Shown here one piece after another: positions 10,209-19,100 of a DNA stretch of 64,000 bases; position 1 is the first letter of the stretch; each line of letters starts with the position of its first letter. Source of the stretch: Bacteroidota bacterium (GTDB taxonomy: Bacteria > Bacteroidota > Bacteroidia > Flavobacteriales > Flavobacteriaceae); the NCBI GenBank assembly GCA_031413015.1, contig JANOEE010000016.1, forward strand, positions 72,070 through 136,069, read 5' to 3'. A program made the position numbers and the translations under genes. The notes below the pieces were generated by a model. It had not been told where the DNA came from and did not search any database. It saw only the letters and a list, made by a program, of their open reading frames with translations.

Positions 10209-11043
10209 ATTCTTCATTTTTAATAGCATCATCGGTAATGTCTTTTTCAAATTTTTTAATTAATTCTAGTTTTCTTTTGTTTAAAATAACCTGTTGCAAA
10301 GTAGGTTTTAGATACTCAAATGGGCATATTTCATTTTTGTCTATTACATTCTTTATTTTTACTAAATATACGTTTTGGTCTTCTGGTTTTTCAAAAGAAA
10401 TTCCAGCTGAAATGAATTTATCACGATTTTCTGGATTTATAAAAGGTAATTTTCTATAAATCTGGTTCAATTCGACCCAAACGGAATCATTTAAAGCTGA
10501 ATTTTTAAATTGCATCTGATATGTTTCCCAGAATTTTTTATCTGCTTTTCTAAAATCTAAAAACTTACTTCTTATGGTTTGAAATTTAGGATGGTCCTTA
10601 GGCAAATTAATATATCGCAATTGCACTAAAATACCGTTTGTTCTAAAATTTTCTTTGTTATCGTTATAATAATTTCTTAAATGTCTTAATGTAACAATTG
10701 TATCTACTGTTGTTTTTACAATTTCCTCTAAATACCCTTTTGTATACAAATCAATTTTATACTGCTGTATCAACGTGTCAAAAGCAATTTTTTTTTCTTC
10801 ACTAAGATTAATCTCTGCACCTTGTGTCAACAATATCTGACTTGCCCAACGGTTTATAAAATTCCTTACAATAATTATACTATCTTCTTTTGCTGTTCCA
10901 GCTGGCACCAAATTTTCAATATCTTTTTTGTACAAATAACTGTTATTGACTCTTGCAATGGCTTGGGGCTGGGCTTCCGTCTTAAAAAAATCACAAGATG
11001 AAAGCGAAAATAACAACACTATTGCACACAAATATTTAGACAT
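10192..11043 (-). CDS. Lipoprotein, possibly a degenerate SurA/PpiD-like chaperone domain protein
   Basis: Lipobox LFSLSSC near the N-terminus. The start ATG shares one nt with the stop of the upstream PPIase gene (TAATG). No catalytic parvulin motif was recognised. Confidence 0.6.
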   Translation of the reverse strand: MSKYLCAIVLLFSLSSCDFFKTEAQPQAIARVNNSYLYKKDIENLVPAGTAKEDSIIIVRNFINRWASQILLTQGAEINLSEEKKIAFDTLIQQYKIDLYTKGYLEEIVKTTVDTIVTLRHLRNYYNDNKENFRTNGILVQLRYINLPKDHPKFQTIRSKFLDFRKADKKFWETYQMQFKNSALNDSVWVELNQIYRKLPFINPENRDKFISAGISFEKPEDQNVYLVKIKNVIDKNEICPFEYLKPTLQQVILNKRKLELIKKFEKDITDDAIKNEEYEIYK

Positions 11044-13010
11044 TAAATCTTAATTTCTTTTTTTACTTTTTCAAAAGCAGCTTGATTTAGAGTAACTTTA
11101 AATGTTTTCTTTAAATCATTAACCCAGTTTTCTTCTAGATATTGCTGATAATCATTAATCACTTTGCCTTTACATTCGGTTAATGTCTTAACTGCTGCTG
11201 GGAGTACTTTATTTATTTTTGCAACATAATAATAATCCCCTTCCTTTACAACCGGAGAAATTCCAGTTTCTAATTTTATGGATCTTGGAAGCACCACATT
11301 ATCTTCTTCAAAAGTACCTTCTTTGTCCATTATAGCAACACTTTCTTCATTATTCAATTGTGCTTTTATAAATGCAATTGTATTGTTGTCTTGAAGCATT
11401 TTTCTTGCTCTTTGTACAACATCTTCCTTCGTTGATGAAGCAATTACACCATCAACACGGTTTTTCCACATGTAATTGTCTTTGTGCGTATCATAAAATT
11501 TTTGAAGTCCAATAGTATCATTCTTTGATTTTTCCCAAATTTCTTTTTCCATCAAATCAAACAACAATAGACCATCACGATACTCTTCTACGATATGCCC
11601 AAATTCTGGGAATTGTTTTTCAAGATTATCATCATGATAGCGCACTAATTCTTCGTCAAGAAACTGCTCATAGCAACCTGTAATGATTTGGTTCAAAGGC
11701 TTTTTACTGTCTTTTGCCGTTTTTTGTTGGCGTTCTAAATAAGTTAAAAAATCGCTTCCAGAGAGTACTCTTTCCTTGATTTTAAACAATGGTATGTCAT
11801 AAGGGGCATTAATTTCTGGTTTTTTCCAGCTATTGGTATAAAAATCTTTAGTGACCGTTTGAGACAATAAATTATACAATTTATTATTCCTTTTTACAGG
11901 ATATTGATTTCTTAGTTTTTCATTCATAGAAATAGCAATCAATCGCGAGCGGTCATCTGTTTTTATTTTACTTTCTAACTCAGGTAGCATTTCTTCAAAT
12001 GATTTAACAGGATGTTTATCAATCAATTTAACGATATGCCAGCCGTATTGTGTTTCAAAAGGAGCAGCAATAGGATTTTCTTTTGTCAATAAAAAAGCCG
12101 TATTTTCAAAAGTATCAGAACTCAATTGACCTGATCCAAAACGGTTTAAAACACCCGCTTTGCTAGCGGTAGATTGGTCTTCAGAAAATTGAGCTGCCAA
12201 CGTTTCAAAATTTTCACCTTGTTGTAATTTTTTATAAATGTCATGAATAGTAGTTTTTGCTTTGTCAGAAACAGAGCCGTCCTCTGGTTTCATAATCAAA
12301 ATGTGCGCAACAGTGACTTCTCCTCGATTGTCTCGAATAGCATTTACTTTTATCAAATGATAACCAAAACGGGTTCTGATAGGATTTGAAACGGTTCCTA
12401 CTTTAGTTTTATAAGCGCCATTTTCAAATGCATATACCATTCTAAAAGCTGAAAAATAGCCCAAATCACCTTTATTCTCTTTTGCGGAAGGATCTTGAGA
12501 ATAGGTTTCCGCTAATGATAAAAAATCTTCTCCTGCAATAGCTCGTTTATAAATAGCGGTAATTTCGTTAAAAGCTTTTAATGTATCTGCTGGAGTAGCA
12601 TTTTCATCAACCATAATCAAAATATGCGCCGCTTTGATTTCTTTGAGGGATCGATTGTAGCCTTCTTCGACTAAAGCCTTGGTAACTTTTGAATCAGTCA
12701 AATAATTCTTAGCAAGTTGGGTTCTGTATGATTTTAATTCTGATTGGTAATTGATTCCTTTTTGCAAACCCAATTCATAGGCTTTATTGATTTTGAGTTT
12801 ATAGCCTATAAATAACTCTAGGTATTGGTCTAAATCCTTTTGAGAATCATCTTTAACGAGATCTATATTTTTTTTGTAAATTCTTGAAAATTCATCGGTG
12901 TAATAAGGTTTGTCATTAATAGAAAACAATACGGTCTTGTTACTTTCTTGAGCAGAAGAAAAAAATCCCAGAGCAACTAAGAGTACGAAAAACAATTGTT
13001 TCAATTTCAT
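11043..13010 (-). CDS. PpiC/parvulin-type peptidyl-prolyl isomerase with two parvulin domains
   Basis: Signal peptide. Two motifs, FGYHLIKV and YGWHIVKL, each preceded by an AHILI-type segment. Confidence 0.8.
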   Translation of the reverse strand: MKLKQLFFVLLVALGFFSSAQESNKTVLFSINDKPYYTDEFSRIYKKNIDLVKDDSQKDLDQYLELFIGYKLKINKAYELGLQKGINYQSELKSYRTQLAKNYLTDSKVTKALVEEGYNRSLKEIKAAHILIMVDENATPADTLKAFNEITAIYKRAIAGEDFLSLAETYSQDPSAKENKGDLGYFSAFRMVYAFENGAYKTKVGTVSNPIRTRFGYHLIKVNAIRDNRGEVTVAHILIMKPEDGSVSDKAKTTIHDIYKKLQQGENFETLAAQFSEDQSTASKAGVLNRFGSGQLSSDTFENTAFLLTKENPIAAPFETQYGWHIVKLIDKHPVKSFEEMLPELESKIKTDDRSRLIAISMNEKLRNQYPVKRNNKLYNLLSQTVTKDFYTNSWKKPEINAPYDIPLFKIKERVLSGSDFLTYLERQQKTAKDSKKPLNQIITGCYEQFLDEELVRYHDDNLEKQFPEFGHIVEEYRDGLLLFDLMEKEIWEKSKNDTIGLQKFYDTHKDNYMWKNRVDGVIASSTKEDVVQRARKMLQDNNTIAFIKAQLNNEESVAIMDKEGTFEEDNVVLPRSIKLETGISPVVKEGDYYYVAKINKVLPAAVKTLTECKGKVINDYQQYLEENWVNDLKKTFKVTLNQAAFEKVKKEIKI

Positions 13011-13161
13011 TATTAGTAAATTTTCTATTTTAAGTTTTATATTAAATATTTATGACCTAGTATAATCTTATCTTAACCATAAAATTTTATATGGGTAAAC
13101 AAATTTAACAATTCAAATACATTATGCAACTATATAATATGCTATTAACATAAAATTGTAT

Positions 13162-13190
13162 CAAAAAAAAACACCTGAAAATTCAGGTGC
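13162..13190 (-). terminator. Rho-independent terminator after the OmpA-family gene (end of T9SS cassette 1)
   Basis: Stem cacctgaa / ttcaggtg, followed by T9 on the minus strand. Confidence 0.65.
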
Positions 13191-13214
13191 TTTTAATAAA
13201 TTGCATTCTTTGTA

Positions 13215-15155
13215 TTATAATTCTAATATAATAAACTCGCTTCTCCTGTTCTTTTCATGTTCTTGCTCAGTACATTTGAAACCGTCTTTGCAGTTATTAA
13301 TGAGGCTGGATTCGCCTAAGCCAATTCCAGAAATTCTATCCGCGCTTATACCGTTTTTTACAATCCAATTTACCGTTGAAAAAGCTCTTTTTTGTGAAAG
13401 TGCTAAGTTGTATCTAGCGGTTTGTCTGCTATCAGTATGCGACAAGACTTTGATCTTTAAATCTGGCTGTGATTTCATTAAAACTACAACTTTTTGTAAT
13501 TCTAATGCTGCATCTTTTCTGATTTGGTATTTATCAAGATCAAAATATATATTTTTTAATTCTAATAATTTTAAAACATCTGACCCGACTGTTAGAGGTT
13601 CTGCCTGGAGTTTTGAAAGCGTTACTGGCAAATTTGTAGTGCCATCTGTTGCTGGGATGGCAATTATAACTTCATTTGCGTTGTAGTTTGTATTTTCTGC
13701 TTTAACATAATACGTTTTGCCTCCTGTAACGTCAAATTTATATAATGCAGTTTTATCTGTAATTTGTCTTGCAATTTCATTTTTATTTGCATCAAGTAAG
13801 ACCACAGTTGAATTATTAATTTTAAGTCCAGTATCTTTATCTGTTATGTCACCTTCAAGAATATGTTTAAAGTCATAATTTAGTGGTGTTTTTTCAAATA
13901 GAGAATAAATATCATCATTGCCTACACCGTTTTCTCTATTAGAAGAAAGGTAACCTTTTTTTGAATTACTATCAATTATAAAATTAAAATCATCTAAGTT
14001 TGTGTTTACAGGTGCACCTACGTTTACTATTCTCTTAGGATTCCCGTTGCTGTCAAGTTGTGCTACAAAAACATCTAACCCACCCAATCCTGGATGACCA
14101 TCTGATGCAAAGTAAAGTTCATTATTGGCCGATATGTAAGGAAATGTTTCTCTTGACTCTGTATTGATTCCACCTGCTAAATTTGTAGGTGTTCCAAAGG
14201 TACCATTGTCTAAAATAGACACTTTGTATATATCAGACTGCCCTTTTGTACCTGGCATATCAGATGCAAAGTATAGTGTTTTTTCATCATTGCTTAATGC
14301 TGGATGTGCCACATTATATTGGTCGCTATTAAATGGTAAGGCGGTTATATTGTCCCACTTTCCATTGTTTAGCGTCGCTTTGTATATTTTTAATAAAACT
14401 TCTTTACTGTCATTTGTTCCTTTTTTACCATTGATATAATTGTTTCTGGTAAAGTATATGGTTTTTAAATCTTTAGTAAATACTGGGCTATCTTCGTTGA
14501 ATTTTGAATTAATATTTTTAGAAAATTTCTCAGAAATAGCAGCGGCAGCATCATTTTGCGCAACAAAAAAATCTGTGAATGCTTTATTGGTCCATTTAGT
14601 TTTATAAACAGCAAAACCAGTAGTGTCTTTTGCGCTTGAATAAATTATTTTATCACCATAAAAAGCGACCCCATAGTCCGAAGACTTAGAATTGATCTTC
14701 ATATTTTTTACATCGTACCTGCCAGAATTCAAAGCAATTATATCAAGATAATTTTTAGTATTGTTATAATAATTACCTCTTATGTCAGTAGCAGCTAGTG
14801 CATGAAATTGATCAAGGTATTCATTGGCTTTATTGTAATCTCCTACAGCCTTGAGTGTTTGTGAATATTTATAATAATATTCATTTTCAACTTTTTTATC
14901 TTGTTCATTTACAAATAATTTTGCATACCATTTATTAGCCTCTTTTAATTTGCCATTAAAAAAATAGGCGTTTCCTAAATTTTGATACAAATCTATCGAT
15001 GTGACACCATTAGCAACAGCTTGCTCATATTTTGTAATGGCTTCTGAATAAGCCAAGTTTTCGTATTCTTTATTGGCTTTTTTTAATGGCGTATTTTGTG
15101 CGTTTAAATTTTTAGTAAAGACAACTAAAATAAATAAAAATATAGTTTTTTTCAT
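13215..15155 (-). CDS. TPR / PD40 beta-propeller / CarboxypepD_reg-like / OmpA C-terminal domain outer-membrane protein
   Basis: Signal peptide MKKTIFLFILVVFTKNLNAQ from the ATG at 15155. TPR-like N-terminus. Repeated PD40-like segments (for example EKTLYFASD and NELYFASD). OmpA motif SHTDSRQTARYNLALSQKRA and a NRRSEF ending. Confidence 0.85.
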   Translation of the reverse strand: MKKTIFLFILVVFTKNLNAQNTPLKKANKEYENLAYSEAITKYEQAVANGVTSIDLYQNLGNAYFFNGKLKEANKWYAKLFVNEQDKKVENEYYYKYSQTLKAVGDYNKANEYLDQFHALAATDIRGNYYNNTKNYLDIIALNSGRYDVKNMKINSKSSDYGVAFYGDKIIYSSAKDTTGFAVYKTKWTNKAFTDFFVAQNDAAAAISEKFSKNINSKFNEDSPVFTKDLKTIYFTRNNYINGKKGTNDSKEVLLKIYKATLNNGKWDNITALPFNSDQYNVAHPALSNDEKTLYFASDMPGTKGQSDIYKVSILDNGTFGTPTNLAGGINTESRETFPYISANNELYFASDGHPGLGGLDVFVAQLDSNGNPKRIVNVGAPVNTNLDDFNFIIDSNSKKGYLSSNRENGVGNDDIYSLFEKTPLNYDFKHILEGDITDKDTGLKINNSTVVLLDANKNEIARQITDKTALYKFDVTGGKTYYVKAENTNYNANEVIIAIPATDGTTNLPVTLSKLQAEPLTVGSDVLKLLELKNIYFDLDKYQIRKDAALELQKVVVLMKSQPDLKIKVLSHTDSRQTARYNLALSQKRAFSTVNWIVKNGISADRISGIGLGESSLINNCKDGFKCTEQEHEKNRRSEFIILEL

Positions 15156-15165
15156 GTGTTTACTT

Positions 15166-16080
15166 TTAAAAAAATCTTGGTGAAACAATTCTATTGTAAT
15201 TTTTGAACAATTCAAATCTCAAGAAAATCTCATGCGATCCTGAATTGTAACTACCTAATTTTGTTGTCTCTCGATCATAAGCATACCCTATAAGCAAAGC
15301 ATCTGAGACTTGAAAACCAGCCATTGCACTAACAGCAGCGCTCCATCTGTAGGCTGCGCCTAAAGTAAACTTCTCGTTGAACAAAAAATTTGCTGAAACA
15401 TCCACTTGCAATGGGGCTCCGTTTACAAATTTTGTCAATAAAGCAGGTTTGAAATTAACTGATGGTGACAGATCAAAAACATGACCTGCTGTCAGGTAAA
15501 CATGCATTTTTTCATTTGCTACAGAACTTTTAGTATCATCAAAATGTTTCGTTTCTAAAAAATTAGGCACCGATAACCCAAAATAGGTCTTTTCTGAATA
15601 CAAATACAAACCAGCACCAACATTAGGAGAAAACTTAGTGTCGATATTTTGTTGTAACAAAGGGTCTGAAGGATTGTAGGTATTTAACTTTGTAAAATCA
15701 ACATTCAGTAAATTTCCTGTTGCTTTAAGACCAAAAGACAGTTTATAATTTTCTGATGTTTTAATGTAATAAGAAAAATCTATTGCTAGGGCATTTTCAT
15801 CTGAAGGACCTATTTTATCATTGATAAATGAGAGTCCTAATCCTATATTAGTCCCTTCAATAGGGCTATGAATTGAAAATGCATTTGTAACAGGTGCACC
15901 ATCTAAACCAACCCATTGGTTCCTGTGAAGTCCAAAAATACTTGTAACTCCTCTTGAACCTGCATAAGCTGGATTAAAATTAACAGTATTGTACATGTAT
16001 TGTGTAAACTGGGAGTCTTGCTGTGAATAGCAAGTAACTCCAAGTGTTATAAAAATTATTATTAAAAATATTTTTTTCAT
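15166..16080 (-). CDS. PorP/SprF-family type IX secretion system membrane protein
   Basis: Signal peptide ending in QQDSQFTQYMYN, then NPAYAG, FSPNVGAGLYL, and the C-terminal SHEIFLRFEL typical of PorP/SprF. It lies 44 bp downstream of a type-B CTD cargo gene. Confidence 0.85.
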   Translation of the reverse strand: MKKIFLIIIFITLGVTCYSQQDSQFTQYMYNTVNFNPAYAGSRGVTSIFGLHRNQWVGLDGAPVTNAFSIHSPIEGTNIGLGLSFINDKIGPSDENALAIDFSYYIKTSENYKLSFGLKATGNLLNVDFTKLNTYNPSDPLLQQNIDTKFSPNVGAGLYLYSEKTYFGLSVPNFLETKHFDDTKSSVANEKMHVYLTAGHVFDLSPSVNFKPALLTKFVNGAPLQVDVSANFLFNEKFTLGAAYRWSAAVSAMAGFQVSDALLIGYAYDRETTKLGSYNSGSHEIFLRFELFKNYNRIVSPRFF

Positions 16081-16124
16081 CTTTAAAATTTTATAAATAT
16101 TAAAATTATTGATACTATTAATAT

Positions 16125-19100
16125 TTATCTATTGATATACAAATAGCCTGATCTTTCTTTGTCTAAACCTGAAGCGTTTTTATAGCGCAGCAAGTAAAAA
16201 TAAGTTCCTACTGGTAAATTTGAGCCTTTATTTACTGTAACTCTTCCTTCTGAAATTCCGCTAAAATAATTGCCATTTTGACCATACGATCTTGTTTCAT
16301 AAACAACAACGCCCCATCGATTATAAATTTCTAATGTATTGTTAGGATAAGATTCAATATTGCTGATTGTGAAAACATCATTCTGACCATCACCGTTTGG
16401 TGTTAAGGCATTGAATATTTCTAAATTGTCGGCTGCATTTGGATTACCATTGTTAAATTCTAAATAATCTGGTATTCCATTTGCATTGCTATCATTAGGA
16501 TTTGTTGGATCGTTGCCAATTTCAATACCGTTATTTAGTCCATCCGCATCACAATCACCATTTAAAAATCCTTGTGATTGTGGTAATGTAACATTTGCTT
16601 CTATTGATTCACAACCATTAAGAGGATCTGTTCCGTCGTTAAGCTCTGTTCCATCAAGAACACCATCACCGTCTGTATCGGGATTCAAAGGATCAGTCCC
16701 TAAAGTAGCTTCTTCGGCATTTGTTAAACCGTCGTTATCACAATCTTTGATTGGATTAATAACACACTCGCTTACAGTTACTCTTACAGTAGCTGTATCG
16801 CATAGTACGGGTAGAGGCGTACCATTATCACAAACCTGATATACAAAAGTATCATTTCCACTAAATCCTGGATTAGGAGTATACGTAATTGCTCCAGTTG
16901 TAGGATTTATAGTAACTGTACCATTTAAAGGTTGTGTAATGATTGAAACTGTTAGAGGATTTATTGCACCATCAATATCAGTGTCGTTTGCAATCACGTT
17001 AACTACGACCGCTTCTTCGTATAAAGTTGTAATTGGATCATCATTAGCAACTGGTACATCGTTGACTGCATTTACAACAAATGTTATAACTGCATTATCA
17101 CACAATACTGGTGTTCCTGGATCACATAAACTGTAAGTTAAGGTTGCTGTACCATTATAATTGTTTGCTGGATTGAATGTTACAATTCCTGTAGCTGGGT
17201 CTAACATCCAAACTCCGGCTGCTGTTGTAATCATAGTTTGAATTCCTGCTGTTGCCGTATCCAAGTCTACCGTAAACTGTCCTACTCCATTTACTGGTGC
17301 CGTTGGGTTGCCATCTACATCAGTATCATTAGTAATCACATTTACCGTTCCATCTGCGCCATCTTCTGTTAATGGTGTAGCACTTTGGTCATCATCATTC
17401 GCAATTGGCGCATCGTTAACTGCTGTAACTACAAACGTAATCAAGGCAGGATCACAAACACCTGTTGGGTCACATAAACTGTAAGTTAATGTTGCAGTAC
17501 CATTATAATTATTCGCTGGGTTGAATGTTACAATTCCTGTTGCAATTGCCAAAGTCCAAACGCCAGTCCCATTAGTAAATGTGGTCTGAATTCCAGGCGA
17601 ACCTGTATTCAAATCTACCGTAAACTGTCCTACTCCATTTACTGGTGCCGTTGGGTTGCCATCTACATCGGTATCATTGGTAATCACATTTACCGTTCCA
17701 TCTGCTCCATCTTCTGTTAATGGTGTAGCACTTCTATTATCATCATTAGCAACTGGAGCGTCGTTGACTGCTGTAACTACAAACGTAATTAATGCAGGGT
17801 CACAAACACCTGTTGGATCACATAAACTGTAAGTTAATGTTGCAGTACCATTATAATTATTCGCTGGATTGAATGTTACAATTCCTGTTGCAATTGCCAA
17901 AGTCCAAACTCCGGCTGCTGTTGTAATCATAGTTTGAATTCCTGCTACTGTAGTATTCAAATCTACTGTGAATTGCCCTAACACATTTACTGGTGCAGTT
18001 GGATTACCATCCAGATCGGTATCATTCGCAATCACATTTACGGCTCCATCTGCTCCATCTTCCGTTAATGGGAATGCGCTTCTATCATCATCATTTGCAA
18101 TTGGAGGAGAATTTAAAATAGTTAAATTAGCTGCACTACTTGCTAAACCACAAACATAATCGCTTTGAGAAACCAAAACTCTATAGTCATAATCTTTCAT
18201 TCCTAATGTAACCCCTGTCAATGTTAAATTGTTGGTTTGCGCATTAGAATAAATTCCACCATCTATGATGTTAGTCCATGTAGTTCCGCCATTTGTACTT
18301 TCTTGCCATTGATATAGCGTAGTACCCGAACCGCCTGAAGCTGTTACGGAAAAAGTTACTGTTCCACCAACAGTAGTAGATTGATTAGTTGGATTTGTTA
18401 CTGTACTCAAAATCCCTGATGAGATAGCTCCCGCATATGTTCCAGAGTAAGAGGCTGCAACTACTATACCTGTTGTAGCATTAACCATAGGAATTCCCGT
18501 TCCATATTGTCCGTTATCAGTACCCGATTGATTACCATCGGCATTAATTAATCCATAATATTCATTTGAATCGCTGCAGCCATCGTTGTCACTGTCTAAA
18601 TCTAAATAATTTGGAATACCATCACTATCTGAATCTGTACCCAAACAGTATGTTAACTCATATAGTTGAAGTGTAACATTACCATTTCCTCCATCGTTTT
18701 TAGCGGTTCTAATTGTTATAGAGGTTACTGGACCCGAAATATTAACCTGAACACTATTAGCTGGAGAATTTGCACCACCAGCAGAACTTACTACAGACTG
18801 ACCTGTAAATGTGCCATTAGCACCTAAGTTAATATCAGTTACTAAAACAGGAATGGTACTAGCTCCGTTTCTGGCAGAAAAATCCGCTCTATCTTGATTG
18901 TCTAATCCTCCAAATTTATAAGCTAAATTATAGACTGGTTGAGAAAAATTTAAAGTATATACAGCAACATCTCCTCCTGCAAAGTCAGTATTGTTAGATT
19001 GAACATTTATATAATTTCCTGTAATACCAGCGGTAGGTCCTTGAGAATTAACTCCTGTTCCCCAAGCTATTCCTGTACCTGTAACGTTTACTAAACTGTA

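Noticed and set aside
13156-13686. 176-aa plus-strand ORF overlapping the 3' end of the OmpA-family gene.
   Set aside because: It starts at a TTG inside the terminator region. It is antisense to an unambiguous OmpA C-terminal domain. Its composition is low-complexity and Cys/Ser/Leu-rich.
17047-18104. Regularly spaced repeats that could look like a CRISPR array or satellite DNA.
   Set aside because: The units are contiguous 348-354-bp in-frame coding repeats with no spacers, and they encode protein modules. This is not CRISPR.
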